Both the position numbers and the translations under genes were made by a program. Positions 1 through 8,658 of a stretch of DNA of 54,789 bases are shown here, piece by piece. Positions within the stretch are counted from its first letter, which is position 1. The number at the start of each line of letters is the position of its first letter. The stretch comes from Candidatus Limnocylindrales bacterium (lineage in GTDB: Bacteria > Chloroflexota > Limnocylindria > Limnocylindrales > CSP1-4). The stretch covers positions 1 through 54,789 of the forward strand of contig DATHYZ010000103.1 in the NCBI GenBank assembly GCA_035458865.1, given 5' to 3'. Under the pieces are notes generated by a model. It made no database searches, was not told where the DNA came from, and worked only from the letters and a program-made list of their open reading frames with translations.

Positions 1-903
1 GAGGCCACGGGCCCCGGCGCTGCCGATGCCATCTTCATCATGGGCTACGACTACCGAGGTGCCAGCTCATCGCCGGTCGGATCGATCGCACCGCTGGCCG
101 GTTCTCGCTATGACATCACCGAAACGGTCAATGCGTATCTCGCTCGGGTCCCCGCGAGCAAGCTCATCCTGGGGGTGCCCTACTACGGCCGGGCGTGGTC
201 GACGGATTCCGACAGCCTCAACGCCCGGAACATCTCCGGGGCGACCTACGGAGCGTCGAGCGCGGTGGTATACGCGACCGGCATGGAGTTCCTTGCGAAG
301 AACGGCCGACGATACGACGCCCTGGAGCACGTTGCCTGGACCTCGTACTCGACGAGTACCTGCGTGCGCCCGGCCTGCTACCGGCAGCTGTACCTGGACG
401 ACCTGGAGGCGCTGGGCCGCAAGTACGACCTCGTCAACAGGCTCGGCCTGCGTGGCACCGGGATGTGGGCGCTCGGATATGACGGGACCCGTCCTGAGCT
501 GTATCGGCTCCTACGCACGAAGTTCCTGGACGGAACGTCCTACACGCCCCTCACCCCGGCCCGCCTCCTCGACACCCGGATCGGGGTCGGCCTGAGCGGG
601 CCCTTCAGCGGCGGCGTCCCCCGGGTCCTCCAGGTCGCCGGGCGGGGCGGCGTCCCCGCCGACGCCGTCGCGGTGACGGTCAACCTGACCGTCGTCGGCC
701 AGACCGCCGGCGGCTACGTGTCGCTCACCCCGACCCCGACGGCGACCCCCTCGACCTCGACCCTCAACGTGCCCCTCCGGGACATCCGGGCCAACGGGGT
801 GACCGTGCCCCTCGGGCCCGGCGGCACCCTCGCCGCGACCTGGATGCCGACCCCCGGCACGAGCACCCACCTCGTCCTCGACGTGACCGGCTACTTCCGC
901 TGA
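1..903 (+). CDS. Glycoside hydrolase family 18 (chitinase-like) protein, C-terminal part; the 5' end lies outside the window
   Basis: The frame is open from nt 1 (EATGPGAADAIFIMGYDY...). It carries the GH18-type motifs IFIMGYDY, PYYGRAWS and GMWALGYD. A beta-rich C-terminal domain of about 120 aa follows (LLDTRIGVG...LDVTGYFR). Stop codon at 901-903. Confidence 0.75.
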   Translation, partial: EATGPGAADAIFIMGYDYRGASSSPVGSIAPLAGSRYDITETVNAYLARVPASKLILGVPYYGRAWSTDSDSLNARNISGATYGASSAVVYATGMEFLAKNGRRYDALEHVAWTSYSTSTCVRPACYRQLYLDDLEALGRKYDLVNRLGLRGTGMWALGYDGTRPELYRLLRTKFLDGTSYTPLTPARLLDTRIGVGLSGPFSGGVPRVLQVAGRGGVPADAVAVTVNLTVVGQTAGGYVSLTPTPTATPSTSTLNVPLRDIRANGVTVPLGPGGTLAATWMPTPGTSTHLVLDVTGYFR

Positions 904-924
904 CCGGCTGCGGGCGAGTCCCGC

Positions 925-1512
925 TCACCAGGGAACGAGCAGATCGCGTACCGGGAGGACGATGCCCTCCCCGATCAGGAGGGTCCGCTTGAGTTCCACC
1001 TGTTCCTCGATGGTGCCCGTGCGGCCGCCCCCGTAGCCGCCGATCGAACCATCCCCGGCGACGACGCGATGACAGGGGATCAACAGGCCGATCGGGTTGC
1101 GACCGACAGCACCGCCGACGGCTCGAGCCGCTCGCGGCGCCCCGATCGCGAGACCGATCCGACCGTAGCTCGTCGCTCGGCCGTACGGCACCCGCCGGAC
1201 CGCCGAAAGGACTCGCCGGTCCCACGCTGGTAGCCCGACGAGGCCGACCGGCAGCTGCAGGGCCGTCGGATCGCCGGCCCAGTAGGCGTCGATGTGCCGG
1301 CCCGCGAGGTCGAGCAGCCGTCGGATGGCCACGCCGGCCGATCGGGCGGATCCTGGAGGTGCGCCCGTCCGTCGGGCGATGCCGCGGACGAACGCGTCGT
1401 CGGTCGAACGCATCTCGAGCGCCAGGATCGCGTCCTTGGATGCTGCGACGTGGATAGGCCCAAGCGGACCATCGAGGACCGTCATGGCTGACGAGATGAC
1501 CGCAGGATCCAC
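925..1512 (-). CDS. ogt: Methylated-DNA--protein-cysteine methyltransferase (O6-alkylguanine-DNA alkyltransferase)
   Basis: Active-site motif IPCHRVV followed by GGYGGG, and a typical length of about 190 aa. An alternative in-frame start (MTVLDG) lies 9 codons downstream. Confidence 0.85.
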   Translation of the reverse strand: MDPAVISSAMTVLDGPLGPIHVAASKDAILALEMRSTDDAFVRGIARRTGAPPGSARSAGVAIRRLLDLAGRHIDAYWAGDPTALQLPVGLVGLPAWDRRVLSAVRRVPYGRATSYGRIGLAIGAPRAARAVGGAVGRNPIGLLIPCHRVVAGDGSIGGYGGGRTGTIEEQVELKRTLLIGEGIVLPVRDLLVPW

Positions 1513-1546
1513 CTCCGCAGTCTCCGTTGCGCTTTCGATATCGGCT

Positions 1547-1563
1547 ATACTCTATGGGAGTAT
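1547..1563. promoter_or_regulatory. Perfect palindrome ATACTC-TATGG-GAGTAT in the 53-bp ogt/copA divergent spacer; candidate copper-repressor (CsoR-type) operator overlapping a TATACT -10-like box
   Basis: The inverted repeat is read directly from the sequence. It sits in an AT-rich island in a GC-rich genome, 3 nt upstream of the copA ATG, and overlaps the copA SD GGGAG. It resembles the ATACCC..GGGTAT-type CsoR operators as I recall them from memory. Confidence 0.35.
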
Positions 1564-1565
1564 CC

Positions 1566-4280
1566 ATGGACACGACCCTCCCGACCCCACCCGCATCGGA
1601 CACCCTCGAGATCCAGCTGCCCGTCGCGGGCATGACCTGCGCCTCGTGCGTCAACCGCATCGAGCGCTTCCTCAACAAGACCCCCGGCGTCGAAGAGGCG
1701 ACGGTCAACCTGGCGACCGAGATGGCGACGATCCGCTACCTGCCGGAGATGGCGGGGCGTGCCGAGCTGGTCGGCGCGATCGAGGCGGCTGGCTACGAGG
1801 TCAAGCCGTCCGCGCTGGTCGAGCCGACCGCCGATGACGGTGGGTCCGCCGCCGATGCGCTCGAGGCCGCCCAGGTGGCCGAGGAGGCCGAGCGGGCCCG
1901 TGAGCTGCGGCTGATGCTGACGCAATCGCTCGTCGCCATCGGGATCGCGGCAGCAGCGATGACCCTGATGTTCTGGCCCCAGACGATCGTGCCGATGGAG
2001 GAGCTCAACAAGCTGATCCTCTGGCCGGCCACGATCGTCCAGTTCTGGGCCGGCGGGCGCTTCTACCGGGCCGCCTGGCGTGCCCTGCGCCATGGCGGCG
2101 CCACCATGGACACGCTGGTGGTCGCCGGGACGACGGCCGCCTGGGTCTACTCCGTGTTCGTGACGATGTGGCCGAGCGTCATCCACGCCGCCGGCCTCCA
2201 CCCCGAGACGTACTTCGAGTCCTCGGCGATCATCATCGGCCTCGTGCTCCTGGGCCGTTGGCTCGAGCTCCGCGCCCGGGGGCAGACGACCGGTGCGATC
2301 CGCCGGCTGATGGGGCTCCAGGCCACGACGGCGCGGGTCGTCCGTGGCGCCGAGGAGATCGACGTCCCGCTCGCCCAGGTGGTCGTCGGCGACCTGCTCC
2401 GAGTCCGCCCCGGAGACAAGATCCCGGTCGACGGCGTGCTCGTCGAGGGGACCTCCGCCGTCGACGAGTCCATGCTGACCGGCGAGGCCATCCCGGTGAC
2501 GAAGGCCACGGGCGACGAGGTCATCGGCGCCACGATCAACACCACCGGGTCGTTCGTCATGCGGGCCACCCGTGTCGGCCGGGAGACGGCCCTCGCCAGG
2601 ATCGTCGAGATGGTCCAGCGGGCCCAGGGGTCCAAGGCCCCGATCCAGCGACTCGCCGACCGGATCGCGGCCTGGTTCGTGCCGTTCGTCCTGATCGTCG
2701 GAGCACTGACCTTCGCCGTCTGGTTCCTCGGCGGTCCCGAGCCGCGGCTCACCCTGGCGCTGACTGCCTTCATCGCGGTCGTCGTCATCGCCTGCCCGTG
2801 CGCGATGGGCCTGGCCACGCCGACGGCGATCATGGTCGGGACGGGCAAGGGCGCCGAGGCCGGCATCCTCGTACGGGGCGGCGAGGCCCTCGAGGTCGCC
2901 CATCGGGTCGATGCGGTCCTGTTCGACAAGACGGGCACGCTGACCCTGGGACGCCCGGCCGTGGCTGCGGTGGTGCCCGCGGACGGATGGTCGCCGGCCG
3001 AGCTGCTGGACCTGGCCGCTTCGGCCGAGAAGGGCAGCGAGCACCCGCTGGCCGAGGCCATCGTGGCCCGGGCCAAGGTCGACGAACTGGGCTTCGGAGT
3101 CGTCGAGGGCTTCGAGGCCGTCGCCGGCCACGGCGTCGCGGCGACCGTGGACGGCCGTCGGGTCCTGGTCGGCAACGCCCGGCTCCTGGGCGACAACGCC
3201 GTCGCGACCGAGCAGCTCGAGGCGGTGGCCGTCGACGAGTCGGCCAACGGTCGTACCGCGGTGCTCGTGGCCGTGGACGGGGCTCCGGCCGGGGTGATCT
3301 CGATCGCGGATCCGGTGAAGGCGGAGTCCGTCGAGGCGATCCGCCAGCTCGCGGCCAGCGGCGTCGAGTCCTGGATGATCACCGGGGATCGGCGGAGCAC
3401 GGCGGAGGCCGTCGCCCGCCAGGTCGGCATCCCGGCCGAGCGGGTGCTGGCAGAGGTGCTGCCGGGCGACAAGGCGGCCGCCGTGGAGCGGCTGCAGGCT
3501 GACGGGCGGACGGTGGCGATGGTCGGCGACGGGATCAACGATGCCCCGGCCCTGGCCCAGGCCGACCTTGGTGTCGCCATCGGGACCGGGGCCGACGTCG
3601 CCATCGAGGCGTCCGACATCACCCTCGTCGGTGGCGATCCCCGGGGCGTCGTCTCGGCCCTGGTGCTCTCCCGCCGGACGATGCGGGTCATCCGCCAGAA
3701 CCTCTTCTGGGCCTTTGCCTACAACGTCCTGCTCATCCCGGTCGCGATGGGCGTCCTGTACCCGACGTTCGGGATCACCCTGGCGCCGGCGATGGCCGCG
3801 GGGGCGATGGCGCTCTCGTCGGTCTCCGTGGTCACCAACTCGCTCCGCCTGCGCGGCGTCAGGGTCCGCCCCGACGAGGTCCGACCCGAGGGCCGCGGGC
3901 TTGCCTCACGCGTCGTCGACGCCTCGTTCCTGGCGGTCATCGCCCTGCTGGCGAGCGGCCTGGTCGCCGGGGTCCTTGCCGTCGACCGGGCGATCGGCGA
4001 CGGGTCCGCCCAGGTCGAGCTGGTCGCCCGGGACGTCGCCTTCTCCACCGATGAGATCCGGGTCAAGGCGGGCGAGCTCTTCACGGTCACACTCGTGAAC
4101 GAGGATCAGGTCCTCCACGACTGGATGGTCGAGGGGATCGCAAACGTCGAGGTCATCGCCCGTCCCGGCGCCACCGCGAGCGACCGCTTCGTGATCGACC
4201 GACCGGGGACCTACGAGTTCATCTGCTCGTACGGGGGCCACGCCGAGGCCGGCATGATGGGGATGCTGGTCGTCGAGTAG
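1566..4280 (+). CDS. copA: Copper-translocating P1B-type ATPase with an extra C-terminal TM helix and a cupredoxin-like domain
   Basis: N-terminal HMA motif GMTCASC, then TGE (MLTGEA), CPC ([11 protein letters not shown]), DKTGT and GDGINDAP. The SD GGGAG lies 5 nt upstream of ATG 1566, so I prefer this start to ATG 1527, which would overlap the promoter/operator region. The last ~139 aa are non-canonical (see findings). Confidence 0.93.
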   Translation: MDTTLPTPPASDTLEIQLPVAGMTCASCVNRIERFLNKTPGVEEATVNLATEMATIRYLPEMAGRAELVGAIEAAGYEVKPSALVEPTADDGGSAADALEAAQVAEEAERARELRLMLTQSLVAIGIAAAAMTLMFWPQTIVPMEELNKLILWPATIVQFWAGGRFYRAAWRALRHGGATMDTLVVAGTTAAWVYSVFVTMWPSVIHAAGLHPETYFESSAIIIGLVLLGRWLELRARGQTTGAIRRLMGLQATTARVVRGAEEIDVPLAQVVVGDLLRVRPGDKIPVDGVLVEGTSAVDESMLTGEAIPVTKATGDEVIGATINTTGSFVMRATRVGRETALARIVEMVQRAQGSKAPIQRLADRIAAWFVPFVLIVGALTFAVWFLGGPEPRLTLALTAFIAVVVIACPCAMGLATPTAIMVGTGKGAEAGILVRGGEALEVAHRVDAVLFDKTGTLTLGRPAVAAVVPADGWSPAELLDLAASAEKGSEHPLAEAIVARAKVDELGFGVVEGFEAVAGHGVAATVDGRRVLVGNARLLGDNAVATEQLEAVAVDESANGRTAVLVAVDGAPAGVISIADPVKAESVEAIRQLAASGVESWMITGDRRSTAEAVARQVGIPAERVLAEVLPGDKAAAVERLQADGRTVAMVGDGINDAPALAQADLGVAIGTGADVAIEASDITLVGGDPRGVVSALVLSRRTMRVIRQNLFWAFAYNVLLIPVAMGVLYPTFGITLAPAMAAGAMALSSVSVVTNSLRLRGVRVRPDEVRPEGRGLASRVVDASFLAVIALLASGLVAGVLAVDRAIGDGSAQVELVARDVAFSTDEIRVKAGELFTVTLVNEDQVLHDWMVEGIANVEVIARPGATASDRFVIDRPGTYEFICSYGGHAEAGMMGMLVVE

Positions 4281-4303
4281 ACCCCGGGAGCCTCCGACAA
4301 TGA

Positions 4304-4332
4304 CGAAGCGGGCACCCCCCGTGCCCGCTTCG
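4304..4332. terminator. Bidirectional terminator-like hairpin between two convergent genes
   Basis: Perfect 12-bp stem CGAAGCGGGCAC / GTGCCCGCTTCG with a CCCCC loop. It starts 24 nt after the copA stop and ends 18 nt before the stop of the minus-strand gene. There is no clean U-tract on the plus strand; the minus-strand side is weakly T-rich. Confidence 0.55.
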
Positions 4333-4349
4333 CGTGGATGGAGTCGCGT

Positions 4350-4886
4350 CTACTGAGCGCGCGGCTCGCCGGGTCGCCCGACGCGATCCTCGGCAGGGTC
4401 GGCGGCCTCGGTCGGCTGCTCGGCGGCCTGGGTCGAGGCCAGGTCACCGCCCTTGACCTCGGCGGCGAGCCCCGGATGGACGGCCGGAGCGGGCACGTCC
4501 CGGGTCGCGGCGGCCGGGTTACCGGCGGCGCTGCCGCCTGTTGCCCCCTGGTCGGGGGCGACCATCGTGGCCGTGGCGGCACCCACCACGATCACGCCGA
4601 CGACCCCGGCGGCGAGCAGCTTTCGCTGAAGGTCCCGGGCGGCGCCGGCCGACGGCAATCGCAGCGCGAGGGCATGCCCCTCGACGTCGTCCTCGTCATA
4701 CAGACGGATCCGGATCGTCGTCGCCAGGGCGTGCCCCTCGACGTCGTCGGTCTCCTCAGCGGCGACCCGCATCTGGTTGCCGGCGTAGCCCGTCGCCAGG
4801 AGGTCGCGCAGCTGATCGCTGATCGCTCCCTCGACGGTCCCTTGGATCTCCGTGCCATCGGCGAGCTTCAATCGCAGTGCGCTCAT
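4350..4886 (-). CDS. Hypothetical single-pass membrane protein with a duplicated DDVEGHALA motif
   Basis: The composition looks protein-like, unlike the overlapping Arg-rich shadow ORFs. It has one hydrophobic helix (LLAAGVVGVIVVGAATATMV) and a low-complexity Ala/Pro/Gly tail. I do not recognise a family. Confidence 0.55.
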   Translation of the reverse strand: MSALRLKLADGTEIQGTVEGAISDQLRDLLATGYAGNQMRVAAEETDDVEGHALATTIRIRLYDEDDVEGHALALRLPSAGAARDLQRKLLAAGVVGVIVVGAATATMVAPDQGATGGSAAGNPAAATRDVPAPAVHPGLAAEVKGGDLASTQAAEQPTEAADPAEDRVGRPGEPRAQ

Positions 4887-5076
4887 GCTCCAGCCACCTC
4901 GTGGTCCCGGGTCGCTCGTCGTCCCCGTGCTCCCCCGACTCTAGGCCGGGCGCCGGGCCCGAGGCCAGCGGGGTCCCGACAGGGCGACTGTCGCCTTCCC
5001 GACAGGAGAGCGGCACGGCGGGCTCCGGGGAGACGATCGGCCGGCCGGGCCGCTTCCTTGCCTACGTGCCCTGCGG

Positions 5077-5082
5077 TACGCT
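5077..5082 (+). promoter_or_regulatory. Candidate -10 box TACGCT placed for a leaderless transcript of the DUF1028 gene
   Basis: TACGCT matches the TANNNT pattern and is followed by 6 nt and then GTG 5089. There is no SD upstream. The same hexamer and spacing occur at the MarR gene. The -35 region is poor. Confidence 0.3.
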
Positions 5083-5088
5083 CCCGAC

Positions 5089-6039
5089 GTGACCTACTCG
5101 ATCGTCGCGCGCGACCCGTCCACGGGCGACCTCGGCATCGCGGTGGCGTCGCGCTTCCTTGCTGTCGGCTCGGTCGTGGCGCACGCCCGCGCCGACGTCG
5201 GAGGTGTGGCCACGCAGGCCCTGGCCAACGTGGCCTACGGACCCGATGGGCTGGCGCTGCTCGCCGACGGGGTTGGCGCGGCCGAGGTCGTGGCCCGCCT
5301 GACCACTCTCGACGAGCATCGCGACCACCGCCAGGTCGGTGTCGTCGACCGGGACGGAGGGGCTGCCTCCTTCACCGGCTCGGCGTGCTCCGCCTGGGCC
5401 GGCGGCCGGACCGGTCCCGGCTGTGCGGTCCAGGGCAACATCCTCGCCGGCCCCGCGGTCGTGGACGCGCTGCTGGAGGCGTTCCTCGGGGCCGAGGGCG
5501 CGTTCGCCGATCGTCTGCTCTCCGGACTGCTGGCGGCAGACCGGGCCGGCGGGGACCGCCGCGGCCGGCAGTCCGCTGCGATCCTCGTCGTCCGGGTCGC
5601 CGGGGGCTACCTGGGTGGCGACGATCGCTGGCTGGACCTCCGCGTCGACGACCATCCCGACCCCGTCGTCGAGCTGGTCCGCCTCCGGGCGATCCACCGC
5701 CTCCTCTGGGAGCCGGTGGCCGTCGATGACCTCGTCCCGCTCGACCCCACGCTGGCGGCCGAGCTCAGCGCCCTCCTGGAACGGGTCGGGGCGACCGGGC
5801 GACCGACGGCCGACAACGACGACGTGCCGCTTCCCGCGGAGCTCGAGGCGCTCTTCCCTTCGGGTCCGACCCTGGAGCGCCGGCCGTACCCCGCCGGCTG
5901 GGACGACGCTTGGCAGGCCCGCCTGGCCGGCTGGATGGGGATGGAGAACCTCGAGGGACGGATGGTCGCGCCGGGCTGGATCGACCGGGCGACCCTCGCC
6001 CACCTGCGCGACCTGGCTGGAGGCGCCCCGGCGGACTAG
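5089..6039 (+). CDS. DUF1028-family (Ntn-hydrolase-like) protein with a C-terminal putative peptidoglycan-binding-like domain
   Basis: The N-terminus MTYSIVARDPSTGDLGIAVASRFLAVGSVV...GVATQA is characteristic of DUF1028. GTG start. Confidence 0.75.
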   Translation: MTYSIVARDPSTGDLGIAVASRFLAVGSVVAHARADVGGVATQALANVAYGPDGLALLADGVGAAEVVARLTTLDEHRDHRQVGVVDRDGGAASFTGSACSAWAGGRTGPGCAVQGNILAGPAVVDALLEAFLGAEGAFADRLLSGLLAADRAGGDRRGRQSAAILVVRVAGGYLGGDDRWLDLRVDDHPDPVVELVRLRAIHRLLWEPVAVDDLVPLDPTLAAELSALLERVGATGRPTADNDDVPLPAELEALFPSGPTLERRPYPAGWDDAWQARLAGWMGMENLEGRMVAPGWIDRATLAHLRDLAGGAPAD

Positions 6040-7307
6040 CCCTGGTAGCGACGGAAGACGGTGACGGCGTTCTGCCCGCCGAAGCCGAAGCCGTTGACCA
6101 TGACCGTGTCGACGGCGGCCGGCCGACCCACCAGCGGGACGTAGTCGAGGTCGCACTCCGGCAGATCCGGGTTCTCGAGGTTGGCCGTCGGACTGATGAA
6201 CTGGTCGCGCATCCCGCCGAGGGCGGCGAGGGCGCTGGCGATGCCCGCCGCGCCGACGAGGTGACCGACCATCGACTTGGGCGAGCTGATGGCCCGGCCC
6301 CTCGCCGACGAGCCGAAGGCCGACTTGATGGCCCGGGTCTCGGTGACGTCGTTGAGCGGCGTGGACGTGCCGTGGGCGACGATCCAATCGATCTCGTCCG
6401 GGGCGACCCCCGCGTCCCGCATGGCCGCCTCCATGGAAGCGGCCGCGAAGCGCCCGGTCGGCTCCGGGGCGCTGATGTGGAAGGCGTCCGTGGTGAGCCC
6501 GCCGCCGAGGACCTCGGCGATCGGTGTCGCACCCCGCTCGAGGGCGTGGGCCAGGGACTCGACCACGACGACCCCGCCGCCCTCGCCGATGACGAAGCCG
6601 TCGCGGTCGCGGTCGAACGGTCGGGAGGCGCGCCCGGGGTCGTCGTTGCGCTTGGAGAGCGCGCCCATGTTCGCCAGCGCCGCCACGCCCATCGGCAGGA
6701 CCGGGGCCTCCGAGCCGCCGGTGAGGACGACGTCGCTGGCGCCCGTCTGGATGAGCCGGAGGGCGTCCTGGAACGCGATCACCGACGTCGCGCAGGCGGC
6801 GGTCTGGGCCATCACGGGTCCGTGGAGTTCGTACCTCATCGCCAGCATGCAGCCGGCCATCGAGCCGGACAGGGCCGGGATGGCGAACGCGGAGACGAAG
6901 CGGGAGCCTTTCTGCTCGAAGGCATGGGTCCCGTCGATGATCTGCTCGATCCCGCCGCCGCCCGTGTTGACCACGACGCCGACTCGATCCCGCTGTCCCG
7001 GTGTCATCGCCGCGAAGTCCAGTCCCGAGGCGTTCACGGCCTCCTGGCCGGCGGCCATGGCGAAGTGGATGAAGCGGCTCATCCGGCGGGCCATCTTGGG
7101 ATCCATGCCGGTGGCCGGGTCGAAGTCCTTGACCTCGGCCGCGATGCGGACCTCCATCCCGTCGGTCGGGAAGCTCTCGATCAGGCGCGTCCCGGTGACC
7201 CCGGCCCGGAGGTTGGACCAGTAGGTCTCGAAGTCGTTGCCGATCGGCATGACGGCGCCCATCGCCGTCACGACGGCGCGGCGCTTGGGATCCTGGCTGG
7301 GCGGCAC
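6036..7307 (-). CDS. fabF: 3-oxoacyl-ACP synthase II (KAS I/II type), downstream paralogue
   Basis: Cys-His-His catalytic set is present: AACATS (Cys), AHGTSTPLND (His), KSMVGHLVGAAG (His). GTG start with GAGG upstream. Confidence 0.9.
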   Translation of the reverse strand: MPPSQDPKRRAVVTAMGAVMPIGNDFETYWSNLRAGVTGTRLIESFPTDGMEVRIAAEVKDFDPATGMDPKMARRMSRFIHFAMAAGQEAVNASGLDFAAMTPGQRDRVGVVVNTGGGGIEQIIDGTHAFEQKGSRFVSAFAIPALSGSMAGCMLAMRYELHGPVMAQTAACATSVIAFQDALRLIQTGASDVVLTGGSEAPVLPMGVAALANMGALSKRNDDPGRASRPFDRDRDGFVIGEGGGVVVVESLAHALERGATPIAEVLGGGLTTDAFHISAPEPTGRFAAASMEAAMRDAGVAPDEIDWIVAHGTSTPLNDVTETRAIKSAFGSSARGRAISSPKSMVGHLVGAAGIASALAALGGMRDQFISPTANLENPDLPECDLDYVPLVGRPAAVDTVMVNGFGFGGQNAVTVFRRYQG

Positions 7308-7366
7308 GGGCTACCTCGCTGGCGTGGCGCTGGCTGGCGCCATTCTAGGGGAGGGGTCGGGCATCC

Positions 7367-8629
7367 TCAGTCGCCGTCGTAGCGCCGGAAGATGACCGCC
7401 GCGTTGTGGCCGCCGAGGCCGACGTTGCAGGACACCGCGGAGCGGACCGGCATCTCGCGGGTCTCGGACAGGACGAAGAGGTCGCACTCGGGGTCGGGCT
7501 CGAGGTAGTTCAGCGTTCCCGGGACCGTCTGCTCGGCGACCGACATGGCCGTCGCGAAGGCTTCGAAGGCGCCGGCCGCGCCCATCATGTGGCCGGTCAT
7601 CGACTTGGTCGCGCTGATCGCGATCGACCTGGTCCGGTCGCCGAAGACCGACCAGAACGCGTCGGCCTCGCGCTTGTCGCCGACCGGCGTCGACGTCCCG
7701 TGGGGATTGATCACGTCGATCTCGTCGGCCGGGACCCCGCGGCGGTCGAGCGCCATCCGGATGGCCCGGGTGACCCCGACCCCACCCTCGATGGGCTGGA
7801 TCATGTCCCAGCCGTCGGCTGCCGACCCGTACCCCACGACTTCGGCGTAGATGCGCGCCCCCCGGGCCTTCGCCACCTCGAGGTCCTCGAGGATGAGGGC
7901 CGCCGCCCCTTCGCCCAGGATGAAGCCGTTCCGGGTGCGGTCGTACGGTCGGGAGACGTCGGTGATCGGGAACCCGGGTCGCGGCGTGCCGACGCCGCGC
8001 ATGTTCGAGAACCCGGCGTGGCCGATCTCGAGGAGAGCGTTCTCGGTCGAGCCGGCGATGACCGCGATGCAGTCGCCCCGGCGGATGGCCTCGGCCGCCT
8101 CGCCGACGCATGACGTTCCGGTCGAGCAGGCCGTCACGACGCACATGTTGTGGCCGATGGCGCCGGTCTCGATGGCGATCATGCCGGACGTCGAGTCGAC
8201 GAGCGAGTGGGCGATGAAGGTCGGCGAGACGCGATCGGGTCCGCGGTCGCGGAGGACGAGCAGCTGCTCGTTCATCATCTCCTGGCCGCCGCTGCCGGAG
8301 CCGTAGATGACACCGATCTCGGTCCGGTTCTCGTCGGTGACCTCGAGCCCGGAGTCGGCCAGGGCGAGCTTCGCCGAGGCCACCCCCATCTGGAGCTCCC
8401 GACCGGTCCGGCGGACCGTCTTGGGATCGAGCCAGTCGGACGGGACGAAGCCCTCCACCTCGCCACCGGCCTTGCCCGTGTAGGGCGTCGTGTCGAACCG
8501 GGTGATCTCGCGGATCCCGCTCCGGCCGTTGACGAGGTTGTCCCAGGCGGTCGCGCGGTCGTTCCCGACCGGGCTGATGAGGCCGAGTCCGGTGATGACG
8601 ACGCGGCGGTCGTAGTCGGGTCTGCGCAC
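7367..8629 (-). CDS. fabF: 3-oxoacyl-ACP synthase II (KAS I/II type), upstream paralogue
   Basis: RRVVITGLGLISPVGN, TACSTG (Cys), PHGTSTPVGD (His), KSMTGHMMGAAG (His). The start is placed at GTG 8629, preceded by AAGGAG. The 780-aa ORF in the track is an upstream read-through. Confidence 0.9.
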   Translation of the reverse strand: MRRPDYDRRVVITGLGLISPVGNDRATAWDNLVNGRSGIREITRFDTTPYTGKAGGEVEGFVPSDWLDPKTVRRTGRELQMGVASAKLALADSGLEVTDENRTEIGVIYGSGSGGQEMMNEQLLVLRDRGPDRVSPTFIAHSLVDSTSGMIAIETGAIGHNMCVVTACSTGTSCVGEAAEAIRRGDCIAVIAGSTENALLEIGHAGFSNMRGVGTPRPGFPITDVSRPYDRTRNGFILGEGAAALILEDLEVAKARGARIYAEVVGYGSAADGWDMIQPIEGGVGVTRAIRMALDRRGVPADEIDVINPHGTSTPVGDKREADAFWSVFGDRTRSIAISATKSMTGHMMGAAGAFEAFATAMSVAEQTVPGTLNYLEPDPECDLFVLSETREMPVRSAVSCNVGLGGHNAAVIFRRYDGD

Positions 8630-8658
8630 GGTGGGGGTTCTCCTTGGGTCCGCTGGGT

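Noticed and set aside
1527-1565. ATG 1527 as the copA start
   Set aside because: It would add [13 protein letters not shown], encoded by the AT-rich promoter/operator patch only 15 nt from the ogt start. ATG 1566 has a correctly spaced GGGAG SD.
1545-3691. Long minus-strand ORFs (528 aa and 514 aa) and the plus-strand 444-aa ORF inside copA
   Set aside because: All overlap the copA frame, which carries every P1B-ATPase motif. Their compositions (Arg/Pro/Gly or Ser/Thr/Ala/Arg runs) are characteristic of non-coding frames in GC-rich DNA. The same reasoning applies to the other large overlapping ORFs across the window, for example 5062..6387, 5910..7382, 8760..10298, 10710..12278, 12229..14547, 16092..17630, 17889..19562, 28867..30978, 32338..34062, 35138..37300, 41873..43543, 47813..49138, 50000..51667 and 51369..53237.
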